Source: Isurus oxyrinchus (lineage: Eukaryota). Taken from it: DNA of 64,000 bases. Below the pieces are notes generated by a model that was not told the origin of the DNA, did no database searches, and saw only the letters and a program-made list of their open reading frames with translations. The stretch covers positions 21,762,001 to 21,826,000 of the forward strand of contig JANJGN010000026.1 of assembly GCA_026770705.1 (NCBI GenBank). The letters are read 5' to 3'. A program made the translations under genes and the position numbers. Shown here in pieces: positions 37,115-49,759 of this stretch. How positions within the stretch are numbered: position 1 is the stretch's first letter; each line of letters begins with the position of its first letter.

Positions 37115-38250
37115 AGACCTTTTAAATGCCCAGGCTGCAGGAAGTGCTATAAAAGCTCTGGAGACCTGTTGTTCCACCAAAATGCTCACTGATATGAAAC
37201 CTTGCAAGTGCTCCCACTGTGGGACTAAGTTCAGGCAGTCATCTCATTTCACTGTCCACCAGCGCAGTCACATTGAGGAGAGGCTGTCTCATGCTCAGGA
37301 TGTGGGAAGAGAATTGATCAGACATGCACCCTTCTCAAATACCAGCAAGTTCTCACCGGAGAGAGGCCAATCACCTGCTCCACGTGTGGGTGGGGATTCA
37401 CTCAGTCATACAGCCTGCTGTTGGACAGCCATTCACTTACTCCAATTGTGGGTAGGGATTCACGGAATCAACTGACCTGATGAATCACCAACATGTTCTC
37501 ACTGGGTAAAGGCTGTGCAGGTGATATGAACATGAAATTGGATTCATTATTTCATCCAATCTTTGGACAGAGCAGCAAGTTCACACTGGGCTGAGACTAT
37601 TCACCTGCTCCGTGTGAGGGAAGGGATTCACTCAGTCATTTAAACTTCTGACTGATCAGTGAGTTCACACTGAATAGTGGATGTTTCTGTGTGTGTGTGT
37701 ATGTGTATATCTCCTTGTAAAGGGATTTGATCATCATGAAAACTGTAAAACTGTCAATGACAAAGTGGAATGAGGCTATTCACCTGCTTCCTGTCTGGAA
37801 ACACATTTCCTGATAATGGATATTGTACTTAACAGAGATCCTGGAATTCATTTCAAATTGTTAGAGTGCTGCTCCCTAAAAGCTAAATGCATTTTGTGTT
37901 TTTACAGAATTATCTGTCTCCCTTTAAAGAAGCTCGGAAACTAGGGAACACAGAAACATTGTTTTAATGCTTTTTTTTTAGTACATAACCCGTTACACAC
38001 AGAGACCATGAGATTACTGGATACTCACAGGAGGACTCATCAGAAATAGTTGTGAGCACATTATTTGAATCTGATCAGTCTGATCAAAGGTAGACATGGT
38101 CAACAACACCAAGCTTTTGTGTATTGATCCTTTTTGACTTTAGTAATGTTTCGCTAACTTGATGATAACATGTCAACATATTCTGGTTATTTGTTTATCA
38201 AACAGAATACAGTAACCCTTTAAATCTGTCACAAAACTATCATATTTTTC

Positions 38251-39178
38251 ATAATATTGTTGCGTATTGTAAAGTAGGCTTATGTTTGTGTGTGTGGATG
38301 GTTCTGTCTGCGTGGCTGATTTAATTAAATTAGAGATGGATAGACTGCAAGGTTCAAATTATCAAAGGAGTCACGTATAAAAAGGGCATGTGAAATGTTA
38401 ATGAATGAAGTAGGGTAAAGCCTTGGCAGATAGAATTTGCATTTTAAGATATGTGCAGAGGTGTTTGGTTTTCAAAAATACATGATGAGATGTTGACAAC
38501 TAACAAGATAAATAAGGCAGGTTATTATGCTGAGTTTTCCCAAAAGTGCTGGCCATAATGACAACATAAAAGATTTTCATATAATGGGAAAAGTAAATGC
38601 CAAAGACATGAAGGAACAATGGGGTTTAGAGATTAAAGAGGAAGAAATATATTTAAAGAAGGGTGGAAGGCTGTGTGTGGGGTGGCCGTGTAATATCTGA
38701 AAGGTACAAGTGTAAAACCAACTTGGAGAAAAGCCTCTAGCCACTTTGCAGAAGTCTGCTGTTCCCGTAGCCAAAGTTGTGTTAAAAGCTTTTGGAACAC
38801 CACTGTTGAGTGGGTAACCTTGCTGGATTGTCACAATAAATTTAAAATCTATTTTGGACTGTTGCCTTAAAGGGGGTGTCTGGTTAACTAGGAATTTGTA
38901 GTCTGGAGTCTGGTTAACTAGGAATTTTGGAAATTGTTATAATATGGAGTAACCATGTAACTGTAATCTTGTGTATGTGATTTATGCTTTTCTTTTGTTA
39001 ATAAATGTTTTAATTTGATTTCCAAAATCTCTAAAGGTGTTAGTGGACGTATCACTTCTGAATCAGTGCACAAATCTTCTGGTAATAAATACAAGTTGCA
39101 AAACCATTGTGCTAGCGTGGCCAAGGCTCCCTTGTGTATTTACTCAGTCTGGCAAATACCACTTGCCATATCATAACA
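38251..39178 (+). mobile_element. Solo-LTR-like insertion (~0.93 kb)
   Basis: TGTT (38258)...AACA ends; AATAAA signals near 39000 and 39085; absent from the paralogous site at ~47980(-); possible TTTC TSD. Confidence 0.6.
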
Positions 39179-40527
39179 TTTCATCTCATAAATGATGTAA
39201 TCCTCGTTAGTGAATCTGTGCGATATCGTCATTGCTCTTCTCATGATTTCTACCTGAACATCTGATCTCGTTCTGAGAGACTTAATAACGTCTTTGTATT
39301 CAGTCCGTCTCCTGACCCTCTGACTCAGTGCCGAGGACATACATTGTCTGTTCTTCCAGATCATTAATGTATTGGTGTCTGTTCACAGGCTCTAATCTTA
39401 TCCTCAGTATGACCTCCTAGAGCCTACTTCTATTGCAGATTCTTAGTTTAATGTGTGTAAGTGTCTGTACTATTGAGAAATGTTTAATAGAGTTATTAGA
39501 ATTATTCAAGTCTTCCTCACCTGGCCTTCCCACTGTCTACATTCCCCACCTCGAGGCTCAAGAAGATTCTTCCTTTTGTAGCTTCAAAGCTTTTCTCTTG
39601 GTCAGTGCAAACATTTCCATTATATTCTTTCTCCTTGTAACCTGTCTTACAATTCTTTCCATCCCACAGACCATCAATAGAAGAGGAATTAGCATCATCT
39701 GTAATACTAGGAGGAAAGTACATGCTGTGATTATCCAGGGATGTTCTTCTGTATTTTACTCTATCTCCAACCAGGGATGATCACCCAGGTGACAATAGAT
39801 CACTCAAATGTTATTGCTTGTTGTTTCCCGTGTCCCAGGTGTTGTTCAATATTGATTTAAACTTCAGAGAAAACCATGAAATTGTATGGCCAAAACCATT
39901 CAGAATCACTGGAGGATAATGTGTGAGTGTGAATGTGGGTCTCTGTGTTTGAGTGTGTGGTTGTCTGTTATGGGTATATGTGTGCCTGTGTGCAGGTTTC
40001 TGTGTATGGGTGTCTGTGAGCGTGTGTGCTGTTTCTTATTAACTGTAAAACAAACCTTCCCCTCTCTGAGCAGACAATGTTGGTTCTCCTAGAATCTCAT
40101 TGAATGATTTGAATGGTACCATTCAGAGATTCTTCATCCAGAGTGAAGCTATAGGCTGACCGTCTGCTGCGTAAAATCTGACATCTACACAACCAGGCCC
40201 CATTTCTCCTGGAACAACACAAGCTGACTGCTACTTTCCAGATCCCTTCCTTTCCCCTCACTATCATCCTCAGATAGTTCACAAATTCCTTGTACACATC
40301 ATCCTCCAACTCATCTATGGTCTCCACCTCACTTTAAAGACTTCCATTGCTCTTATCAACAGTTAGCAATGGGATAGCTGCTAACATAGAAATCAGTTCT
40401 GAAATACTGTCACTCTGATTTTAAGGCTTGCCGTAGGAGTACGTGGAACCAGATCTTCCCACCTCACACCAATACATATTCCCATCTGAGTTCAACATTT
40501 TAATGCGATTGTCCAATCTAGGAAACA

Positions 40528-40566
40528 AGTTCTGAAGAAGAGTCACATGGACTCGAAACATTAACT
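40528..40566 (+). ncRNA. Minimal type I hammerhead ribozyme-like motif
   Basis: AGUU-CUGAAGA-A-GAGUC-acaug-GACUC-GAAA-C-AUU-AACU: canonical core boxes, 5-bp stem II, 4-bp stem I. Confidence 0.62.
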
Positions 40567-40631
40567 CTGTCTTTCTCTCCACAGATGCTGTCAGGCCTGC
40601 TGAGTTTTTCTAGCAATTTTTGTTTTTGTCA
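40528..40631 (+). mobile_element. 104-bp Penelope-terminal insert with hammerhead motif
   Basis: TSD AGGAAACA at 40520-40527 and 40632-40639; empty site in paralog at ~4630. Confidence 0.82.
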
Positions 40632-40894
40632 AGGAAACATATATCATTTAACCCCTTTAAACCTGATTGAGCACCCACACTCCATGCACACAAACTACAA
40701 GAGATTGTCTTTGAGACCAGTTGTTGCTGTATATATATGAACAGTTTGAACCTTCTCCCTAACCTGTCCTAACCCTTCTGTTGTTCGTTTATTGAAAACA
40801 AGGACACTCCTTGTTCTAATGGTGACATTCCCTGTTTGCCCAGTTATTCCTTGAAGTAACCCTTGAATTAGTTCTGCATTGTTTCATCATGTTC

Positions 40895-41930
40895 CCACAG
40901 TTTACTAACAAATGCTTGCTCCACACCCACAGGGTTTCATCTGTTTGAAGCCACAAACAGAAAGGTCCAGTTTTCTCCTGGAGTTTGAGACAAATCAGCA
41001 TCCAAAATGATGCAGAGTCTCAGCCAATGAGGTTGGTCCGGGCTCAGCCCCGCCCCTCATTCATTCCGATTGCTCGGAGGACCAGCCGTTCAGTTTCTCG
41101 CACGCGGCCCTCCAGCCCCGCCCCCTCTACCTATTGGTCCGGAGCTGCTGCCAATCAGCCGAGCAGTGTCAGCTAGAGCATGCGCACTGCCGATGATGGT
41201 GATGATTAACTGAGATGGCTGTATGGAAATTCTCAGCCGGTGAGTTATCGCCGGTTGGGTCATGAAGGAGGGAAGGAACCGGCGGGTGGGTTGGGAGGAT
41301 TCATAAACACCTTGTGTAGGCTGCAAGTCCCCAATATGAAGCTCCTGTGTGGTATCTGAACTGGCTACAACTGCTCGGGCTTTTCCCCGAGACAGGCCCC
41401 GGTTAACGGCCGCCACCTTTATCGGGCACAATGTTGCAGCCGAGCGTCTGCGGAGACAATGACAGCCCCGCCCCTCATTCACTCCGATTGGTTGGAGGAC
41501 CAGGCTGTCTCGCTCGGGCCTCCATCCCCTCTTCCTATTGGTCCGGTCCTCCCGTCAATCACTCCCCGGGCATTGTGAGCTGGAATAACCGTTATGAATA
41601 ATTATTAGCTCCTGGTTTGCAGCTGCGGGGCTTCTCCCTCCCGGGAACTGGCCCAGGTTAACGGCCGCCATCCTGGGTCAGCGAGTGGAGGAAGGTTCAC
41701 ATCAGAGGATGGGGGAGGGGGGGACAATAAATAAGAGGTTACGCTTTGGGCTCAAATCTGATCTGTGGGAAGGAAGGAAACCCTGGGAGGTGGGCGGGGA
41801 GGATTCAGAAACACCCACTGGAGGCCCCAAATCCCCAATAAGAACCTGCAGGTCCCGCGTCTGCAGCTCGGGGTCTTCTTGCTTTCTGGTGACGCAACAA
41901 AGAGTGGGCGGGGCTTCAGGGTCCCAGTGA
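40895..41930 (+). promoter_or_regulatory. Promoter/exon 1 region of locus 8 with tandemly duplicated cassette
   Basis: Cassette at 40895-41190 and again at 41463-41585; GTTAACGGCCGCCA at ~41402 and ~41657. Confidence 0.72.
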
Positions 41931-42863
41931 CCAGGAGAGAAAATAATCGATTCATTGATGATATTCTCACTCTCCACACACACTTGAGAACAGAACCCAG
42001 CCAGAGTACAGAGAGGGATAAAACTGGGAGTGAGGAAAGGAATGGTGTGATGTGTTTGGGAGGATGACGAACTCTCATGGAGAAAATTAAGGGACAGCCT
42101 GCCATGGGAGTCCATACGAGTCAATGGTGGGATGCTGCCAGAGTTGGTGGGGCGGGGGTGGGGGTAATGGGGGAAATAGCTGCCGGAGATGTTTGAACAC
42201 AGAAGCAGTAGACGATAGGGTACTGTAAGGGTTGCGACCAGAAAGGTTCAATTTACAGGACAAACAGTGTTCCGGCACCAGGACAGTTGACTCTCAAATA
42301 CTGAACAATGTTGTAAAATACTGTACAGTTGGTCACTCTGGGTTTTGGATTCCAGCACGGGGAGGAGGAAGACTGTGTAGGGTGAGGATTTACTGCTTTG
42401 CAGGAACAAGAGGATAGCATGTTCCATAGAAACTAGGTTTGTCTGTTCAGAATTTCTATCCTGTATTTGCACTGATGAGTTTTGTAAACTCCTTTTCCAG
42501 GGTATTAGAACGGGTGGAGTTACATTCAGGAAGCTCAAACCTAACATCACAGCATGGTCTGACAGAGTCACTCGATTCATCAGGACCTGAATAACATCAG
42601 CGTTTCAATGTGGAAGGAGAAATGTTTGTCTGTTTTGTCTGTGGGGAAATGTTTCAAACATTATGTGACTGGAAAATCACCAAGACACATACACCTGAGT
42701 GAGAGTGTTCCAGTGAATTGACTGTGGAAAGAGCTTTAACCAGTTACACAGCCTGAGGAAACATCAGATCATTCACAGTAGGGAGAAACTGTGCACCTGT
42801 TGTATATGTGGACAAGGATCAACCGATTGTCCAACTTGGAGAGACACAAAAAATACCGGTACC

Positions 42864-43454
42864 ATGGAGAAACCGTGGAAATGTGAGGACTGTGGTAAAG
42901 GATTCACTTATTCATCCCGGTTGGAAATCCATCGACGCATTCACACTGGGGAGAAGCCGTTCAGCTGTTCTGTGTGTGGGAAGGGATTCACTCAGTCATC
43001 CGGCCTTCGGTCACACCAGCGAGTTCACACTGAGAAGAAACCGTTCAGCTGCACAACCTGTGGAGAAAGGTTCAAGTCTTCATCCATCCTCAATGAACAC
43101 CAGCGGATTCACACGGGTGGGAGACCATTCACTTGCTTCGTGTGTGGGAAGGGATTCACTCAGGTATTTGCCCTCCAGTCACATCACCAAATGCACACGA
43201 AGGAGAATCCATTCAGCTGTACTTCCTGTGGAAAGAGTTTCAGGCAGTCAACCGACCTCAGTGAGCATCAACGCACTCACGTTGGGGAGAAGCCATTCTC
43301 CTGCTCCGTGTGTGGGAAGGGATTCTGTTGGTCATCTCAACTGCTGACACATCAACAAGTTCACACTGGGGAGAGGCCATTCACCTGCTCCTTGTGTGGG
43401 GCGGGATTCACTCAGTCACAACACCTGCTGAGACACGAGCGGGTTCACAAGTGA
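42864..43454 (+). CDS. ZNF locus 8: C2H2 zinc-finger protein, 7 fingers
   Basis: ACCATGG start; 7 intact fingers; family stop CACAAGTGA. Confidence 0.92.
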   Translation: MEKPWKCEDCGKGFTYSSRLEIHRRIHTGEKPFSCSVCGKGFTQSSGLRSHQRVHTEKKPFSCTTCGERFKSSSILNEHQRIHTGGRPFTCFVCGKGFTQVFALQSHHQMHTKENPFSCTSCGKSFRQSTDLSEHQRTHVGEKPFSCSVCGKGFCWSSQLLTHQQVHTGERPFTCSLCGAGFTQSQHLLRHERVHK

Positions 43455-43899
43455 CTGCAGGAGCTGGGTTCTGCTGCTGTAATTGCTGCTGTGAATCACA
43501 CCCAGGACTGATAGTCTGACAATATTAGGTTTGTTTCTGCTGATGTTAACAACCCTGGCTGGAGTTTAATATTCTGGAGATGTCACTGACTTTCAGGGTT
43601 GCAATGTCTGTTTTTAAAAGCACCATTTGTGGTCTTTCCCCTGAATACAAGAACTCTCCCCAGGAACCAGTTTACAATAAAATTTTGGATTTTACTTCAA
43701 TCCTAAATTGATATTTGATGCAAAATCTACAATTCAGTGTCAGAAAGGTTCCAGTGATTAACATTTCCAGTTATAAAGTGCTGATTAATCCTTGCTGACA
43801 ATTCTTACTGACTTGCACATTCTGTCAGTGACACCTTCATCATGAAATTAAATTAATAAGGAACATTAAACAAAATAGTGAAACCTTTTACAGGCACAT

Positions 43900-44822
43900 C
43901 AATAAAAGCTTCATCAATCAACACTGATATTGGTGAAGTTTGGAAGTCGCTGATTCAGTCATTTCTGACACAGCAGCAGTAACATTTGGTAAAGGTGGAA
44001 CCCACAACAATGACTGGTTTGAGACCTACTCAGCAGAGATGATATCTGTCATTGAAGCAAAAAGCAAAGCCTACCTGATGCACAACATAAACCCAACAGC
44101 TAGAACACTGCATAACTTGAAAGTAGCCAAGATGATTGTGCAAAAGACAGGGAGATATGGTATATATAAACACTGGATTAGCCTATGTCAAGAAATCTAA
44201 ATTGCCTGTGACAATGGAAATCTATGTGCTTTGTATGATGGGATCAAAAGAGCGCTTGGTCCGACCATCACCAAAGTTGACCCCTGAAATCACAGATGGT
44301 GAAGTACTCACTGACAAAAGTAAACAGATGTCCCACTGGACTGAACATTAGTGTGAGCTGTACGCCTGTGAGACAGACATCTCCCAGTCTGTTTGACTCT
44401 CTCCTGCAGCTTCCCATCATGTTTGAGTTGGATAAAGAACCCACATCATTTGAGCTTGACCAGGCCCAATTATTCTTAGCAAGCAGAAAAGCACCCGGCA
44501 AGGATGGAATTCCAACCAAACTGCTCAGGTACAGGGAGTCCCAGATTTTGTGAGCACCTCCTTCTGTGGAAGGTAGCATCTGTTCCACAGGACATGCATG
44601 ATGCAGAAGTCATCACAATATACAAAAACAAAGGTGAGAGAGGAGATTGCAACAATTAGAGAGACATCTCACTCCTTAGCCTCACAGGGAAGACCTACAC
44701 TACGGTCATGCTTAAACACTTTATCTTTTTGCAGACCGAGTGTATCCAGGATGACAGTGCAGTTTCTGTGCTGGCAGATCTACAGTGGAAATGATCTTCT
44801 CCATGCACCAGCTACAAGAGAA
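43900..44822 (+). mobile_element. RTE-clade LINE fragment (uninterrupted paralog of 11690-15120)
   Basis: KAPGKDGIP.KLL, IYKNK..DCNN.R.ISLLS; no CR1 at ~44375. Confidence 0.82.
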
Positions 44823-46390
44823 GCATACAATTGGGATTTAAAATGCTGCCAGCTTCTGTGCCGAGAAAAGTGAAACGTTATAATTACTGAGTGAAAGTAA
44901 ACCTTTTAGCGTGAATTATAATTTACTTGTAGAACTGTAAAAGGCACCGAAAAGTTGGATTCCCTAAAGATAAGCTTCAGCCTTGAAGTTATGATCTGGA
45001 ACTTACAAGCTGTAGGGAGCTCCACTCTCTTTGACTCTTTTTGGTTTAAGAAGGTTGAAGCTTCAATGCTAACTTATTTAGTTTTAATTTTCTTCAGTTA
45101 TATTACAGTCATTTGCAAAGGTGTGTGATAAAAGCTCAACTCACCTTCTTTGGTTCAGAGGTCAGGAACTCCAGTTCGGAAATGCACGTCAGATGACCTG
45201 AGATGGAGCACCATTATTTTGGTGTGCCAGGGAGGGGGAGAGGGAGAAGTTCCCAAACCAGGGAGAAATCCCCAAAAGTAGTCCCAGGTAAGGGATGAAA
45301 ATCAGGGACAGGAATAGGTCCCCTTAAATGAGTTAAAGCAAAGGAGCAGATAAACAGGCTCAGAGTTAAATAAGGAGCTGCAGTGAGCAGACTTGTAGTG
45401 AAGTGAGCTTGAGAGAAGCCCTAAAGATCTGAGAAGGCAGATGAAGGTCAGTGACTTGGGTACCTCTTTGAAGCAGTGGTGTTCCGTTTGACAAAGATCT
45501 GAAATTGTGCTTGGAATGTGATGCTTGAGTGTACTCGAGAATCCGGGGAAAGGAATCTCGGGAGAGATTGAAACCCTGTGAGGTGGGACATTATTGAAAC
45601 TGTCCGAGTGGGAATGACTTTTGGAAAGAATTCCAAGGTGAGATCTTCAGATGTGGAGATTGGAAACCCTCATGAGAAAGACAAAGTTTCAGTGGGATCG
45701 GTTGGCTCACAATGTGACAAATGTCTGGGTGGGTTCTGGAGCAATCCATGGGATCTGCTTTGGTTGCATCTGTCATTGAAAATTCAGAGTGCGTCAAGGA
45801 GAGAGGACAGGAATGTTAAGTTCTCTGATAAGAAAAATTGCAAGGCTATCGGGGACAGTAGTTAACTGAATAATCAGTTATCGAACTCAGTAAAGTGATC
45901 AGCTTAGCAGAGGTGCTTCTGGAAGGTGGAGTTTAGGGAACTCATTTGTTCACTTTGCAGTTGAACAAGCAATGAGTTTAGAGTGTGTTTTTTGGGTGTC
46001 TTGGGGAGAGACACAAGTTGCGTGATAAGCATCAAGTGAATGTTCAGGAATTCACTGGAAGAAAACTGTTTGCAACTGTGCCAGACCCAAGTGAGAAGCT
46101 TTTGTGTCAAGCTAGTGGTAACTCTTCACTGGTTTATGTGTCTGTAAATATATTTCTGGGGTAAAGGAAATAGCATCAATCTGAAGTGTCTTTTTTTGTT
46201 GGTATTGAGATCTTTCCAACCTTTTTGTCGTGTTTAGTAATTAGTTTATTTCTTGCATTAGAAGTTCATCAACAGACTCCTGTTGATGAACTTTGCTTCA
46301 CAGTTTCTTCAAAAAAATTTAGGATCTGTCAAACCAGGATTCGCTCTGGGATCTTATTGTCAAGTTTTAACATCAGCTGAGATTGTAACA
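44823..46390 (+). mobile_element. LTR-like insertion truncating the RTE
   Basis: Ends ATTGTAACA; left end TACAAT partly complementary; no coding signature; no TSD seen. Confidence 0.42.
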
Positions 46391-48429
46391 GTAATCTGAA
46401 GAGAGAACAAAAGAGCTGTGAGAAATACCAAAAGAATTGGAGAAAAAATATGGTGTTTGGTTCATTCATCTTTGATCTGAAAAGAAAAGTTACATAAAGT
46501 TGACACAATTGTGCACATTTGAGAACGTTTGCTCCAACTTTCCGCAAACAAGCGAAGACGTTAACTCCTGTCCCACTGAGACAGTTTGAACTGAAGACTT
46601 CACCTTTTAAAGATTTGGATTTATCCCACTTGCTATTTTTCACAACAAAATGTTTGATAATGGGAGATTTGGGAGTTAGGTCTAAACTGAATTGTAAGTA
46701 TTTCCATCTCTGATGTAAAAACACCAAAATACACGAATATTGAGTTGGGCAGTAAAGTTCCTCCAGGGCTCATGAATGAGGTCGAATGGTAATTGATGGG
46801 ATGGCCCACTTAAAATAATAGAGAAAATCATGCCACCAAATGGAAGTTGGAATAACTCATTCTGGGTATAGTTCAAGAAAATAGATTAATCTGGTATCCA
46901 TGTACATTTAAATGTAAGAAGGGAAAGTGTAGATGAGACTAGTAAATTGAAAGCCTTTTGTTGAAGATGTTAGAATTCTTGCCTCTGAACTTTTCAAGGA
47001 AACTGCATTTAATAGTCTGGCCACTACCTGAGGCATTACAGTGGGGAGATGAGCCAAGATCGTCAGACACCCTCTTGATCTTTTGGTAAGATTACCTGAA
47101 AGCTAAGAGTGGCTTGTATCATACGGCATGTGTAGCATGATATTGGAATACTGGTGTGTGTGTCCCAATGTGATTTGTTACATGTGAAGTAATTAACATG
47201 TGGAAATGCATGGTGAACCTGCTCTGTGGAATGAAACCCAGACATGCCCAGGAACTCAACAACACAACAACATAAAGTGATTAATGTGGTTAGTAGAATG
47301 AGATTTTTTATGTTATCAGTGCTGCATAGAGAAACAGACTTTAAAACAATCAGGATAGAATTAAACACATTAAATTCACCCTCCTACTGTTAACATTGAG
47401 TGGTTCATTGTTACACTGGGTGATCTGCCCCCCATGCAGATAGTGTGAAGTACAGGACAACATCCCTGGATAATCACTGCCTCTAATTTCCTCTTGATAT
47501 TACCGATGATGCTAATTTCCCCTAATGTTCAAGGCCTGGTTGATAAAGAGAATTCAAAGACAGATTACAAGGGGAAAGAATACAATGGAAATGTTTGCAC
47601 TGACCAAGTGTGAAGCTTTGAAGCAACAAAAGGAAGAACATTCTTGAGCCTCAAGGTGGGGAATGTAGACAGAGGGAAGCCAGGTGAGGAAGATCTGAAT
47701 AATTCTAATAACTTTATTAAACATTTCTCAAAGGTATGAAGCTGTAATAGAAGCAGGAGATCCTATTGAGGAAAAGATTAGACAGGAGTAGATCAATGAT
47801 CTGAAAGGACAGATAATGTATGTTCTCAACACTGAGCCAGAGGGTCAGGGGATGAACTCAATACAAAGACTTCATTAAGTCTCTCAGAAAGAGATGAGAT
47901 TTTCAGGCACAAACTGTGAGAAAAGAAATTACATTATCTCTCAGACTCATTTAAAGAGGATTAAATCATTTCCAAGATGAGTCCATTAGATTGATCTTTT
48001 ACCATTTTAATAAACAAAAACAGAAGATGTTAATATTTGTTATCAAGTTAGCAAGACCTTACTAAAACAAAAATGGTTCAATACACAAAAGCTTGGGGCT
48101 CTTGACCTGGTCTAACTTTGACCAGGGTAACCAGATTAGAACAATGTGCTGATCGCACTCACAACTCTTTCTGATGATTCCTCCCGTGAATATCCAGTAA
48201 TCTCATTGTCTCAGTATGTAGTCACTTGTGTAATAGAAATAAACATTAAACAACAACCCATTGTTTCCTACTTTCTAAGCTTGTTTGAAGAGGGTCTGGG
48301 TACAGATAATTGTGTAAGAACACAATGTATAATTAGCCTTTTAGGGGCCAACATCCTGTTACAATTTGAAATTAATCCAGAGATCTCTGAAAAGCAGTGG
48401 ATCCATTATCAAATTTATTTCAACATAGG

Positions 48430-48915
48430 AAGCTGGTAAATGACTGATTGATTCTTTTCCCATGCACACAGCAGGTGACTAGCCTCTCCCATGTGAACTC
48501 GCTGGTGTAACAGCAGGCGAGATGACTAAGTGATTCCTTTCCAGCAGACAGGTTAAGTGAATGGCCTCTCCTTTGTGTGAACTCGCTGGTGTAACAGTAG
48601 GTTGGATGACTGAGTGAATCTCTTCCAGCAGATGGGGCAGGTGAATGGCCTCCCCTGTGTGAGTTTGCCAATGACTTTCCAGCTTGGATAATTGAGTTCC
48701 CGCAGTCCTCATATTTTCACAGATTCTCCATTTTGTAAGTCTTCTTGTGTCTCTCAAAGTTAGATACCCAGTTGAAACCTGGTCCACACACAAAACACGT
48801 GTACAGTTTCTCTCTGCTTTGAATGGTGTGATGTTGTCCAGGCTGTGAATGGTTAAAGCTCTTTCCACAGCCAGTGCACTGGAACACTTTCACTTGGGTG
48901 TGTATCTTGGTGCTT
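48430..48915 (-). pseudogene. ZNF locus 9: heavily decayed lineage-B pseudogene
   Basis: Minus-strand finger remnants ([10 protein letters not shown] shadow frame, HTGE) with many stops and indels. Confidence 0.8.
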
Positions 48916-49049
48916 TACTCCTTGTGATGAGAACCAACTCAATGTGCCATCTGCATCATTCTTGTCCTCCACTCCCAGTTTTCTCCCTCCTTCTACTCTG
49001 GCTGGGTTCAGTTCTCACTTGTGTGCAGACTGGAAATAAAATCAATGAC

Positions 49050-49290
49050 AATAATTTTCTTCCCTGGTCACTGGGACCCTGAAGCCCCACCCACTCCCTG
49101 TTCCCTCACCAAGATGGCCACACATTTGCTGGGCTACTTCCTGAAGCAAGATGGCAGCCATCAACCTGGGCCTGTTCCCGGGAAAAAGCCCCAGAGTGGC
49201 AAATGTGGGCCCTGCAGGTTCTTATTCAGGTCTTGCGGCCTTCACCAGGTTTTTCTAAAACCTTGATCCCCTGCATGCCACCAGCTCACC
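49050..49290 (-). promoter_or_regulatory. Decayed exon 1/promoter of locus 9
   Basis: Homologous to 41880-42010 (inverted) and 56390-56590; CpGs largely mutated. Confidence 0.55.
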
Positions 49291-49759
49291 TGCCTGAAGA
49301 GTGCATCTGGCACTTGCATGGTTCTGGTCAAAGCAACACAGGGCATGCTTCAGATACTGTCCAACACTACACCTGCACACTGACTTGTGTGGAGTGAACA
49401 GGGCACATTTACTTCTGTGGGGATTGTTGGGCAAAAACCCTGACATTGAAAATCCCAAATAGTAAATAATGGTTGATCTCTGTGATGCCATTGAGATGCA
49501 CAAATTAATTAAATCAATAAAATTAATTTAAAAAGTCTCACATATTCAAGTTCACTGGAACTCTGACATGAATGAGATGAATAACAGCTGAATCCAACAC
49601 CTGTAATCACAGATGAACTGGTGTCTCATTTCTTTCCATACATAGGATATTTAAACAGTCTCTCTCCATAAGGAATGTATTGTGAATTAACTACTTTAGT
49701 CTTTTAAAGCATTTCTCAAGGTGAGAGAATTTAATATGCCTGTTCCAATGTGGAATTCA

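Noticed and set aside
40097-40327. Pyrin/death-fold-like start ETIDELEDDVYKEFVNYL
   Set aside because: Similarity is limited to ~18 aa, there is a stop just upstream and the rest does not fit; kept only as an unassigned exon-like segment
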